Assembly (NCBI GenBank): GCA_002633005.1
Contig: NMRA01000900.1
Span: 41,496 to 105,495, forward strand
DNA length: 64,000 nt
Reading direction: 5' to 3'
From: Phoronis australis
Lineage: Eukaryota; Animalia; Phoronida
A program made the translations under genes and the position numbers. The first letter of the stretch is position 1; the number at the start of each line of letters is the position of its first letter. The notes beneath the pieces were generated by a model that did not search any database, had not been told where the DNA came from, and saw only the letters and a program-made list of their open reading frames with translations. Shown piece by piece: positions 1 through 13,900 of this stretch.

Positions 1-3000
1 AAGTGTCATGTACAAAGATATATGATCCATAATTCGTGTATTTTCATACATTTATCAAAGTATCAACACCAGCAAACACGACTCATTCATGCAACTTCTG
101 TAAATTTAATCACTATTCGCAACAACCGTCCAAGTCGTTTCCATGTATGTATCATTTATTACATTGTCGTTGCTTTGAAGTCATCTTCGTGGTTAATTCA
201 GGCTCATCAACACCAAAACCTATTCGTTTTGTATTGCGTAGTCCATATTTTCGCCCCTATGTCCCTGCTTAAGCTCAAGTCGGGCATATCCCACGCAAAT
301 TCCTTAAAGGTTCCTTCACTTTACATCTTAACATCACGTGATTCTTTTTATTGTCATAGCGCAGTACTGTTCACGTGTTCTTATTGAAACTATGAAAGTT
401 CAAAATTGTCTGCAACGCGCATTTTATTATTTTGCTTTCAAAATTCCTGGTTTCCTTAGATATCGCGGGATTACTTGAATGAGCCTTATCTGGGACAATC
501 CTACCAATGTTAATTATTCAAGATGAACTGTTTGAAATATATATAGTTTTAATTCTCTGTTCTAGGTTGGTCAAAAGAAAGAGAAGGATAATTCTCTGTG
601 GAAAATCATCACAGAATTGCTTCCGGTAGTACATTAAAATATAATTTCAAAAATCCTTGACAAAAATAGCGAGAAATCTCCGAACAATGTTGGTTATCCA
701 AGTAAGCTCTGTTAAAGTATCGTTTTCATGTACATGTAGGCAATCGAATGTGTAAAAATTTATTTACCTTAAAAACACGCTTGGTGTTCATAGAAGCGAT
801 CAAAACAAATACCCGAAGAAGTACCGAAAAGTGAAGTCTCCATTCCTTTAGGTCATTCTGCATATCAGTAACAATCGCGTATGGGTATTTTCTCACTGAT
901 CACGTTTTCAGATGTGCGGTGCTTCAGCATCCGAAGACTCACTGCTTCATTACATTGTACATTGGTCTATATAGAGCCACTTCCTGCGATCAATGAATTC
1001 CACACTCAATGGGAATGTCCTTGTGCACTGCGGAATAATGAAGTTGACGGTGCTGAAAGCTAATAAACGTTCCAAAGAACGGCTCTTCGGCAGTACATGT
1101 ATACGGCACTAATGCCCTCACTAGGATATGATCTTTGAATCAAACCAATGGAACAAGGTCAATGTTTACTTTAAAAGGTGTTCTTCAGAATCTATCTACC
1201 TTACATGGAATGGGATCTGTTGTAAATCTAAGCTCACATCTACTTACTTCTGTCATTTCCGTGACAGAATGGACAAGCGTCGCGTCCAATTTTCACCCAT
1301 TCTTACAACTTTAGATGGCGCGAGACCTACCGGCAACAAGGCGAAACGTTCTTGGAACATTTCGTATGACAAAGCAGTCCTGGCGAAAATGACCAGTAGA
1401 ATCACCTAATCGTGCAGTTGGAAGAACTATGCACGACACCAGAAATCAGTCTTGTATTTATCACGTCTGCGACGCCGATAATTTGAGCAAGGAAGGTGCT
1501 CTAGGCCCTAACAAAGAAAACATTTCTGCCCTCAAGTCACTAGCTGATTCTGCAACTGCACAGTTGTTTACATCTTACTGTACAAGCTGAGCTACTGGAG
1601 TTGCTCATCAAGTCTTTAAACATGCTTGACTAGAGCCGGACCCGGTAAACATCATCCCTCCCTCATTGGATAATGCATATTTTTTTATTAAAAATGTCGT
1701 TGACAAAATCCCAGGCAATAGAATTGCTCAGCAGACTGCACATTTCTTCTTCCCTTGGCTACCTTTCGGAATGGGGGAATACCCTCCTGGCACAAGAGCC
1801 TGGGCCAGTGCTGCTTCTAGGTTTGAAGAACTGTGAAGTGGATTCGAAGACAAGGAACATACACTGTTTATTGGCCGGAACTTGGAAGACACCTAAAAAT
1901 CTGTTGGATGCAGTGTTGCACCTTAGAATCTCTGCTCTTTGTTCCCACTGTGTCGTGGCTCTTGGTGTTCACAATCGGTTTCTATTACATCTGGTCTTCC
2001 GCAGGGGTCACCACTGTCACCCGTCTACAAACTCCAACTCGCAAGCCTGAACGAAGCTGAATGTCGGCTAAGTACTTCGACGGAGGAAATATGGGTTACT
2101 GTTCCAAGGTAAAGTCTTCAGATTGCCATTGACAAGACACAGTTTGCCCTTGAGGAATCCAAGACTACTGCATTCCCGAATACGAACGACAACGTTGAAA
2201 AGAATTGAACTTTTTATGCACATTTGAAAGTCGGCGTTCAGAATGATGTGTCATCTATGTATGATGGCATGAACATCATTATATCCGATCTCCTTTGCCA
2301 TTTGGGGATCGTATACTCAAATTCCCAGCTCAGGTGAACAACGTGTTAACACGAGCCAATTTTTTCTTAAACGCTCTGACAGCTGCTGGTGTACATATGG
2401 CATTAGAGCTGCAATTTGCATGTCTCACAAAACCTTGGTCCAGTTAATGTAAAAATATGCACTACCTGAAGCAAGTCAATGGGTCTTACATACTATATTA
2501 CATAGCACTGCGCGTCACCATAGGTTAAACCAAGACGTCTTCCACTGCGGGTCTGCAATATCTCAAGGTCAATCTTTGTGTGTTGGACCGAGAGGTTCAT
2601 CAACCCGCAGTCACAGTAACACAGGGTATCCAAAACCACAATAACCCGCTGCACAATCAGCCGTCATAGTCTTTTGAGAGATCCATGGGCCCATTTGAAC
2701 ACCCACGACCGTGAAACTTCTTACCAGCTACACGCATGGCGCGCTATCAGAGGTTACAGAAGGGTTCTTGTATCTCGTCGCCTAAATGCAACGCCCGTCG
2801 ATGTGCTTGGGGATCACTCAATTGCTACAGCTGCAGGCTGGCTGTCTAATAATGGGGTCGGGGCTACGGCATCCGCCAAGGAAATGCCACTGTTGTGGAA
2901 AGATCTGGATGCCAGAGCGTATACATCAACAGCACTCGCGTGGACTTTCAGGCCGTATGAGGTAAGGCTATCTCCGCTGGATGTGAATCCGGGCATTCTC

Positions 3001-3250
3001 GTCTTAGCAACAGTTACTATGACGGTCCTGTCAAAATATCTTCTGGCCAAGCATCCAACGTGGGCGATGGCGTGGAGCTACATGTGTGTGCTTGGTCATG
3101 GCACATGGGACATCTAACAATCTGCATGTTTGCGACATACATATTTTGATTTGATACTGTTACACTGTCAACGTCAAACAGAGGTAGTCTACCTATGGCG
3201 ACGAGGCCCGCATCCTGAACACTGGAATTGTATATGAGACGTTCGCCTCA
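1..3250 (-). pseudogene. Heavily decayed coding relic, probably transposon-derived, with a possible USP/C19 peptidase-like remnant
   Basis: Composition is coding-like but broken by many stops and frameshifts. The minus strand near 1381-1460 reads RLISGVVHSSS...(frameshift)GDSTGHFRQ, resembling a USP His box. Boundaries are approximate. Confidence 0.25.
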
Positions 3251-4779
3251 AGCAGGTCCAGGGGCACAGAAAGGTGACTGAAAAACCAACAATTAACGGG
3301 CAACATCAGTATTGGAAGGTTACGCCTCCTGGTGTCAAAATAGAAATGTTATCCGGCGATTAGTGTCCCTGCACATCGTGTTTGACGCTGTCTCCGACAG
3401 GCAAATTGCATATAAATTCTGCGCACATGTGTCACCTCGTGATACTTGAGACGGAGGTGACGCTCGCATAGATAACTATACATAAAGTCGTGAGAAAGAA
3501 TTTTTCTGCAAAACCGATCACTTAGTAATGACTCATGCACATATAACATACCTAACCGCCTGATTTAATCTTAGGTTCATGTAGAAGCTAAAAAAAATCA
3601 CGATTTGTTGACCAGACGGGGAAGATTGTGGCCACCGATCCTATGATATGCACCTAGTTTTACACTTGATTGAAAAAACGCCGCTCAAACGATGGCGGAA
3701 TTTCCGACAAATATCAGGGCGGTTTCATTAGTTCTTCACATCACATAACTGGTTTTATTGTTTACGACTGTTTCAAACTGTGTCGGTTATACCTCCGAGG
3801 ACGTCGGCATCTCCACATGCGAGGCTACTCTCTTTTGTCGAGCTCATTTCCAATCTGTCGATGTTGGAAATGTGGGAGGTTGCATTTGAGGATCGAGTTT
3901 TTGTTTTGCTAAGAGTCGATCTGTGTAAATTCCTGTTTCTGTTGAGATCTTGTGATATCATATTGTGGACAGTTAACTTACTGTAAAGGACTTGCCCCAG
4001 CTAGCCTATTGCGTCCAAAGTTACAGCGGTCATATGCCTCAGGGATTGGTGCGATTCTAAAGAAATTTGTGTGTAAATCAGCTGTAGGCTAGATAATGTA
4101 TCTGACCGCAGTAGCGTATTAGTATTGTAAGTTCGCGCCGTGTATACCAGTCTAAAGACACGGTGTTAATAATAATGTTATATCTTCCCATATTTGACTG
4201 GTAAAGATAAGAAAAACCAAATAAGAATATTCACCGGTCTTGTCGCAGCATGTACAAGGTGAATGAAGGTACTGGCAACATAAGTATGACAGACAAATAC
4301 TGTAGCCACTTTACGTTTGCGCTTGAGTTCTAAAACGAATACTTTATATTGGTGAACAAATCCGGAAATAAAAACTACCGCAGCAGAGATTGCGCGTCTC
4401 TTTCGTTCTTTTCTAAAAACTTGAAATAACAGTAAGTTCCCTTTGCCCAAATGTCGGTTTGCCTAACCTCGAACTTAAGGTTTTGTCAACACCGTTTGGC
4501 AAAAGTGACCGAGATGTAACCGTGAGTTAACGGTTTTAGTTTTTTGAATGTCATTCAATTACAAAAATATCTTTAGGCAAGCTGGAAACAGAATCCAGAT
4601 ATTATGTAGAGATCAAGTACCGAGCCCAGTTGTTGGCAGCTGAATATTTTTTATTTGCCTTGAGGATAGCTGGAGGTACGATCTTATCAACTCTAAGACG
4701 TCGAATCATTCGCTGGCTATACTCCGACTACAAAGTACCTGACCCTGAGATTAATTGACTAGTTTGTCCACGACTGAGC

Positions 4780-4786
4780 TATAAAA
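4780..4786 (+). promoter_or_regulatory. Candidate TATA box of the astacin gene
   Basis: TATAAAA lies 47 nt upstream of the ATG at 4827, which implies a TSS near 4810 and a short 5' UTR. Confidence 0.5.
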
Positions 4787-4826
4787 ATCGAGTTTGAAAG
4801 GTGTAGGCATATTGCTCTCTGTAGTC

Positions 4827-4973
4827 ATGCCGTTCACAAGAAATGGAGCACACTGTGCACTCATAATAGCGCTCTTTTTGTTAGCGGCATTTTTTTGGAC
4901 GCGCTGTAGTGGAGAGGAACCACCCATGTCGTACACGGATAACGGCGGAACGATGGGTGATATGATCGTCCAG
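4827..4973 (+). CDS. Exon 1: signal peptide and start of prodomain
   Basis: [49 protein letters not shown]; donor CAG|GTAGAG, phase 0. Confidence 0.75.
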
Positions 4974-7900
4974 GTAGAGCTAACGGCTTTTCGTTATCTA
5001 TTTTTAAGTTTTCAGTCTATGGCTTATATTTACCCAATTCGTTTCTGTGGGCTAAAAACAAAACCTATTAAAAACCTTGGTTTCATCGATGTGTATGGAC
5101 AATTCAACTTTAAGCAAGACACGCTGCTCCTTGCACAAACATGAGACTGGCGAGTGACGCTAGTACAATCACGTGGTGCCTTTGGTAAGCTTTGTGTTAG
5201 ATCACTTTGTCGCTAGACTTCCTCTTCAGAATGCAGTCGAGGTCAAAGTGCAAATATTAATCCCATGAATTAAGGATCCTTCAATCAAACTACCAGCGTA
5301 TAAGTTATGGTTTAGGTGTATTTTGTCTTCATGCGAACATTTACTTGTTTTTGCAATATCTGCACATTGCAATTCTACATAACTTTATTTGTTTGTATTT
5401 TAGCTGGAAAACGAAATGCAGTTGGAATTTGAACGAGGAAGAACGAAAACAAGGGGCTCGGAAACAATAGTAAGCTTCCTTCATACACTTATTGACCTAC
5501 CTGTGGGGAAGAGGGTTTTTCAATGGTTATCGAGTTTTTTCCTAAAAATATTTGTAATTACGAACAGCATACCATAATATACCGCGTAGAAATGGTACAA
5601 TTATCGGGGACGGTTTTGGACTCTTATGAGAACTGACTTACCCCGTATGACCAAAAAAGTTTTCTAAGTTGAAATTCTTAAAAGCCCCTTTCGCGAACAC
5701 AATGCTTGTTTTTGATCTTGGGTCTAACTTAGACAAACGTTAGTTCAGGTTTTGACGTATGAGAGCATACAACCTACTGTGAATTTACAAAACGAAGCGA
5801 AGCGTTGTTTGAAATACGGATTCAACAATGAACCAGACCCTTGAACTCTTCGTGAGGATTATTTTGCAAAATTTTGTAAATTGGGATCTTGCCTGCTTGG
5901 AAAGGGAATTGTGACCACAAATATTATTTCTCGTGTGTCGTTAAGTCGCAATGCCTTGCCTCTACAGCCTTTGCCATTTCTGAAAATGAACGAAAATTAT
6001 CTTGGATTTGACGTTGTTTACGGATATTGGATTGTGAAAACTAATAACGAAATTTGTTCCTCAACATTTTACACTGGTAATAGTCATATATTGTGGTCAT
6101 AAAAACCAAAATCCTAATCATAAATCTACTCCGCAGCAAGGTTTTTATCGATCTCGGCTTAGACTAATTTTGGTCTTAGTTTCGGTCTGAAGAATTTTTT
6201 GTGAAATTTTACAAATACGTTTTGGTCATTAGTGAGCCTAATATGGGTGTTAGTTAAAACACAACGGTTTAATTAATGGGGTCCCTGCTCAACAATTGTC
6301 GAGAGAAAGGTCTTCATGGATCATTTAGTTGAATTTGAGGAGTTTTGAAAAGCTTGTTATTAATTTGTTGAGTGTAATTTTGAGCAGATTTGAAAAAGCA
6401 GTACACCAAAAATCGCTAGAGACGATATTCCTTGAACTTCACTAAAGTCATACATTACTTAGCATAAAAAGGAGATTACAAATCCAGCTATACGTTCAAC
6501 GAAAGATTATGTTCGTATTTAATAAAAATGGACCTGCAAGTGCATACCTGTAGTCAAACACCTTCGTTCATAGATGGATGACCTTGTCAATAAATGCCAA
6601 AGAAATTGGAGATCCGCCCAGAAACTTGACATTGGACAATAAATGCGAGATTTACGTCACTTTGCGATTGTATGTGATTGTATTTCTATTCTCACTATGT
6701 ACATGTAGGCCGCTATTCAGTGACCAAGTGATCAAGATAGGGAATCTTGAGATAACACTAACGTACACTGTAGCTGAGTTACCCTTACCTTCATCAATGA
6801 ATATCGACTCCTTTCATTCCCGAAGTGCGTTCAGTAACGCTAAGACCTACGCTAGGACCTAGCTAAAATCTAGCCAGAGCCACGTGTTCTCATTTGAAAT
6901 ACACGGCAATATCTCACGTAATCCCACTAAGTCTTGCTTTTTAGCGACGTCCTAGCGTTACTGAACGGTAGGCTGCTTTAGTCTAAACTTGATTGTTTTG
7001 ACAGTGGGAGTTATGTAATTCCTTTAATATTGCTCAATATTGACCAAACTGGGGACATCACACAGTACATGTATCTCGGAAGTGGTTCAACGAATCGACA
7101 CGAAACACCCAAATATTATGCCCATTATACGGCTCTCCCAATTATTTCTAGATTTTTTTTAATATGTTCCAATTTTATTGAGGAATTATCAAAACGTGTG
7201 AATTTTGTAATTTCTATGTAAAAAACAACGTTATACAAAACGAAAGTGAACAGATAATAAGTAAACTGTGACACGTTTTTACGACTTTGTCTGGAATAAT
7301 AATACTATGCAAAATTTTGCCATACAATTAAGATCCTGTTGTTTTGCTATGTATGGACATCTTTTGCTAACTTTGCCAGATTGCGTGATCGTGTTAATGG
7401 CACAGTTGTAGAACGTAAACAATCAAATTTTACAATGTTTCTATTTTTACAACATCTATGCTTTTTATGAGGATCGGAAAGGGCAACAATTGGGAAAAAT
7501 CAACTCTAATTTTATGTAGAACTTTTAGTAATAAACTCTCTCCTAAATAGTATTCATTTAGATCCCTGTTGGATTATGCTTAGCGTATTCATCACTATTT
7601 AAAACGAAAATCAAACCTGTTTGTTAATTTATATTATTTAGAAAATTCAATTCAAGTCAATAAAAACATTTTTATAGGATTCATTGCTTTGTAACATCAG
7701 GTGATGTTTTAAAGGTACTGGCTACATGTAGTAATTCAGTTAACGTCATCAAGCGGCTTGTAAAATCGATTGTGTTTAAACCAACTTATCCTGTTTCCGA
7801 GATACTTTTTTGTTAATCCTGTCAGTGGCGCACAGAATTAGATGATCACGGGTCTGAAAATGCAAAACTCTCCCTGGAACTCGTTGTTAAGGAACAGATT

Positions 7901-10900
7901 CCCGTGAACGGCTTTTATTAAAATATATAACGGCTTGAGCATTCGTCTTGAAAGCTTTTGAATCTGCCTTATTTGAACGGAGTGGCATTATCACTGGTTT
8001 TGGGTTCTTGCCTTTCATAGCAGGGTTACTTTTAGGAATAGCCGACATGATTGTCCAAAGAGATTCGATAAAACACTTTACACTTTTTCACAGTGCTACA
8101 GAAAGACAGCATCGTGGAATGTTGTTTAAAATAGCTTATCATTGATTAAAGTAATCAAACCGAATTCATAACATTCAGTCATTCCCATTGGTTGAAATCT
8201 CGGGAACCCCTTTCAGATTTCTGTTACGTAGTATATGTATGGCGATCTTCTTTGATTTGAATAGCTGTAATTTATTAAAGCTAGTAGAAATATAGGTAAA
8301 CGAAAGCAGGGAAATCGAGATCCACTGGATTAAGGTCAAACAAATTCAGCGCCTAGAAGTGTGTGTAAGAGGCGGCAATGTGATCGGTAAACTTCCGACT
8401 TAGCATAAGCATGCGGAAATTCGTGTGTCGTTCATCATTTTTCCAAAATGCCACATTTCAGTATAGGTGGCGCTGTGTCAGAGGGTATGAAGACGATCGA
8501 TTTTCGTAACAGAGTCATTTTTGTTAATCGCCGCCAGGATTGACAAAACAGGGTCGATTTTATAAAACACGTTCCTTTCTCCGAAACATGTTCGCCTCTA
8601 AACAGGGTTGTTTTACATAGAATGGAATTTACAAAATTGGCATAGTTTTAAACAGAGTAAAAATTACAAAATAGCTTTTAATTGTCCTTTAAACATGATT
8701 GACTTTCATAAATAGTGTTGAATTTAGAAAATAGTTTGGTTCTAATTTTTACAATTGATGTTTTTTCCTTCCCTCATACATTTGGTGATTTAAATTCTGA
8801 TTCGTTGTGGACAGTTTAGAAAAGTGCAGTGTTGTTAGAAAGTTTTAACTAATTGTAACTATAAACATAAGATAAAAATAGTGCTGTAGTGGTAAAATTA
8901 GAGGCAAGTAGGCGCCCAAAGCTCACCGTATCACCTTGAGTAAAGAACGTAACTTCTGGTGTGTAGGCGTTACGTTCAAATATTAAACGGTGGTGGCTGC
9001 GCCTACGTGCGCCTACGTGCGCCTACGCCCCACTACCGCACTGGATATTGTTTATAATTGCATGCAGATGGTGCGAGAAAAACATGGACAATCATCGCCG
9101 TAAGGTAGTCGAATAACTCCGAACCTATCGGATTTTTACATAAGGCCTATAAACTAAAAATATTAATTTAAATTTGCCTTATATAAGGGATTGAATATCA
9201 CTTAATGACTTGCCTAACTAGAATTATTCTGCCTGGAAGACGTATAAGAAGTAATGAAAGATGCATTTCAAGTACACTCCTTATTTTGAGCACAACAGTT
9301 GTGCAGCTGGAAGTTTTTGACTCTGTCTAATTATTTATCGCTGTTTTGGGAATATTTCGCAACGTTACCCACGCATTTCATCGTATTGGAAACTGGATTT
9401 CAACGAGCGTGATCATCACGGACCTCTACTTCATTGCAATCCTAAAACACCTAAGTCGTTGAACAGAAATTCAATGAAAACAGTCAGTTCAATGTCAACT
9501 GTTCGATCAGTGTGACACCACTTTGACTGCAATTATTTTAATCATGAGGTTTCCGGCAAACTAGATGTTTTAGCCGGGAATACACGTCTGTTCCTAGGAG
9601 ACTCAAAATGCACGATGAAGTAACAATGCAGGAGGGTCTTTTTATTAATATAAAATGATTAGATTGCGGACAGAAATCCATCTTAGTGGTTGTTGTAATG
9701 GTTATACTTTCTGACCACGTGAAGGAATGAATAGCTGGTTATTACTGAACACTTGTAGTATTTTGAGTAATTAGCTGAATACCTCCTTATTTGGTGCTTC
9801 TATATTCGCTGTAACGAAATATGCCATGGCCTGGTGTACGAGTCTTTGTTTTAGTTTAACTGCACATGGTTTCTATTACACGCTTGCTAAATCCATATGT
9901 TTCTTCTTCGACTTGATATGATATGTGTACATAATTACGTGTACTTCTATATATAATCTGACCACACCTTCTTCAGTACGTCACTAACAAGACTGCTACT
10001 GCCACTCCTTAGAGTTCACCGAACCATTCGTTAATGAATTCTTTACGCCCTGGATGTACAAACACGTTGTACACGTATCTGGCGGTGACAGACGTCTATT
10101 TGAGAAGCCGGTTATTAAACTTTTGGGATGTACGCACATAGAATTCAGATATTTGGCATTGGCAGCTGATTAAACTTTGCTAAGGACACGGGATATCATT
10201 AATGAACTGAACAGTGACGTGGTGCAGATCACCACGGACCGAAAAAACAAGTCTCTGCAGCTGGAGATATCAGGGCATCTGAGCATGACACGAAATCACC
10301 TTCTATCAGAAGAAGAAATCATTCGCTGTCGTGTAATAAAACAAAATGCAAACATTTTCCTCCGGCATATCGAAGGTGGGAGATTGTTGCCATCGGCTGC
10401 GGGGAATATTGCTCTCCCTCGGTCAATATATCACCTGGTATTGCCCTAGAGATATGTGCATATTGTTGCGATACATTCTTATTTGTCTTTAAGCTCTGTA
10501 AGACAAAGGCAATTCATTCCAAGGGTAACGGTGGATTGTAAACACTAAGCTTACCCTCATAATTAAAGGCGGTTTTATTCTGGGATTTTTTTCAACTTAA
10601 GTCAGCTCCTTGCTGATGTCAACCGAAACAAGAACTCTACTGAAATCTAACTTCTGTATTTGTTAAACCTATTTTTAGAAAAGCGACGCTGGTTTTATTT
10701 TTATTTAAACAAACCTTGAACTTTCCCTGATAAACAGTGATTGTGTTTCGGAACAGATCATTGAATCCAAGTCACTAAGATTGAGCCGTTATTCGAACAT
10801 AAATCTGTGAATGCATTGATTTCTCATATGAAAAATCACTTAGATATCTGTCACAGTTTTTATGCACGCGTCCACCATTGTAGCGGGGAGATAGAAATAC

Positions 10901-13900
10901 GTTGCTGGTGTTATTACCTTGCAAGTAGTGTCAGGAACAGCATATTCTTACTATCACGAAGGCCTGTAATTCGTAGGTCAATTTTTGTCTCAGAGTTGAC
11001 TCTTATCTACGCATGAGCGACAAATCATGGAACTTATAGTCTGTTTGGATGTTTCACTGAAATTAGCTCGTGCGCAGGAATCTGAAAGTTATGGATACAT
11101 ACGGGTTTTCTGACGACTATCATATGTGACCAACTATTCTTTGCTCAGAAAGAAGGTCAATATAGAAATTCAGGTAGCAAACACGTTGCACCTAAAATGG
11201 CCCTCTTCAATCTGATTTGAGTATATTGGGACTTAAAAACTATAATTTATCAAATATCTACTATATAAGTTTTTAAAAGTTTTATATTAGAATAAAGTGC
11301 TGGAATTTGACGCAGTGCAAGAAAACCAAGAAACTTGGTTGAGATGATGATTTTGTGTTTTGTACATGTCATGAGCATTCGTAAATTATGTCAAGTTTCA
11401 GCGAAATTAGAAGGTTCGATTGATCACCCATGCTCACCCTGAGGTATTTTTTAAGTACTTTTACAAACATGACACCTAGCGGCCTTGTTTAGAGTTGTTA
11501 AATGATGATTAAAACTAAATCAAGGACAAGGACTGATAAGACAAAAGTATCCTGACCTCTGTCAATACATTTTCGTGGGTGCGAAGATAAAGTGTATGGA
11601 ATTGCAGCTGCTGCCTAGTATCAACAAATATGTTTTCAACCACCAAAGTTCAGTTTAGTGTCGCATCAAAATTTTATAAAATAGGTAGAGAAAATGCATA
11701 AGAATTGCAAAAATTCTCCAAGTTTTATTTAGTTGTTTCAAAAACCCAGTCCTTCTAAATTGTTGGAACTAATCCTTTGTGGCACATGTGAAAAACAGTG
11801 AGAGCTCACGTGACTCAGAAAGTTTTATTTTGGAAGTCGGCTTTGGACGGGATAATCCATTCATAAATGTAATACATTTAACTCTTAGCTTGAATTAAAT
11901 GAGTGTCTACGTAGGGAAATTTTGTTATAGAATCTTGGGATGAAGTTGAGTTGACACGAGGTGCAACGAACTTAGAGAAACATATTGCTCACTCTAGTAG
12001 GGCATTTTTTCATGATGTGTTGGTATTTAGAGCTCCAACAAAAGTTAAGGCCTTGCTTACTTCCCCCCGTTAATTGAGTTTTCGTTGTAGTTTAGACCTA
12101 TTGACAGAAACAAACCCCTTGTGTTCGCATAGACACGCGAAGAGGTGCCTTTTGATGATTTTGACCTTTAATTGCTTCTTAAACTGATACATGTGTCTAC
12201 TACCATTCAAGACAAATAGGCTGAGCGCTCAAGCTAATTCTGGCTATCTTTACTTGAAGGCAAGTTTTCCTATTGCCTGATGTACTGTTTATTTATAGCG
12301 TAACGACAATGTTCAAAGTGCCATACGGAAAGCGGAGGTGAACGCAGGAAATACAAAGAACGATATGGTGGAAGAGGGTGGAGCCTTGCCTGCAGAACCC
12401 GATGAAGATTTCGACAAGTCGCCCAAGGACAATAATGGAAAGAAGATCGGGCAAGGATCAGGCCTTGGCCCGGTGTTAAATAAAAGGAGTGTGGCGACTG
12501 ATCTCAAAACGCAGCGAGGCGGCGATCGAAAGCTTGGTGAAGGAACATCATTGATAGCTCAAGTAAGCTGACCCCGTTCTACCACTAATGTATTGGAAAT
12601 TAAGTAGTTCATCGATTTTCATGAAAATTTAGAGGTCGTTCGGTTGGAGACAATCTGCTTGTAATTTGAATTAAACTCTTCTACAAAGCCTCTTCTATTT
12701 TTTCTCTCTTTAATCAGATTCTATTTCAGTTTCTAATCTTGAAGCACTAACGTTCCGATGACCAAATGTTATGCAAGAAAAAGAAGATTGCACTAAATCA
12801 CTTTGTCTCAAGAGTGTGCACGGGGAACAGCGCAATAAAATATATTGCTGGCCACTGAAGTGATATGTCGCTGAGATTTCAATGTAGAATAATGGGACAT
12901 GTTTTGCTGTTTCCTTCTATATGCTAAGATTTTGTCTGCGAAAGCACGCTTGCTGTGTTCGGTTTATGGAACGCAGCCCTGTTCACCCCTACGGAATTTT
13001 GACATGCCCTTTGTTTCAATGTACTGTAACATTGTATATAGTTCTAAGTGTCTGTTGGCTGCTTAATTTCCAAGTCCAATTCGATTGCCTTAACTACTTC
13101 AGTGATTGTAGGGTGAAACGAAAATGAGGGATACTGTTCAAGAAAGCTGATGTTCTGTTTGGACGAAAAATCTACGCTGGGTTTTTCTAAAACGGCGGTG
13201 TTCCAGTCGAGCAGGGCTTATGTGTCCGGTTACATGAAACAGTCCCAAATAGGGACTCAACTAAGTTGCCTAAATCTAGTGCGTATTTTTTGACTTGTGA
13301 AAACAATGATTGCCCTTTTTTGACTTGTTTTAGTCTCATTACTAAATCAATGTTTTACTTTGAGTCGAGAGGGAGTTCTACATTGAATTGCCAATTTTAT
13401 CGAAAATATTTAGGGATCTTTTCATGCAACACCCCCAATTTAAGGACTGATTCCATATTTATTTTCATTAAATTCTTGGCTCAGTTTTTAGTTAAATTAT
13501 TAGAAAATGTCATTGATTAAAGAAGAGCTCATAATGAGGATGAAATGAATGAAAATCATTGCATGTGCTGTGAGTCCAAAACGACACATATACGCAAAAA
13601 GTCTAAGGGATCTTAGTTGAGTCCTTATTTGAGACGGTTTCATGCACCCGGCCAACGGTGTTCCAAATCCCGTGTTATGCAAATAGGGAAATAGTTACAT
13701 GCATGGATGTGTCACTCCGTTCGTAGCTTGTTAATGTATGTATGCATTTTAATCTTTTACAGCTTCTCGGCAGGAAGAAAAGACGACTAGCTGCTAACTT
13801 ATGGACGCGGGCAATGGGTGGGGCCGAACCTATAAAGTACTCGTTTGACTTGTCAGCAACGTGGAGTAAGATTTTTACTTTATTGAGAAATGGGACCGAA

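Noticed and set aside
2674-3117. 147-aa plus-strand ORF
   Set aside because: No recognisable motif, a TTG start and no splice context. It is probably the antisense shadow of the decayed relic.
9068-9104. Candidate micro-exon (tgcAG ATGGTGCGAGAAAAACATGGAC...|GTAAGG or |GTAGTC) in intron 2
   Set aside because: In phase 0 it hits a stop or ends in phase 2, which is incompatible with exons 2 and 3 unless another unseen exon exists.
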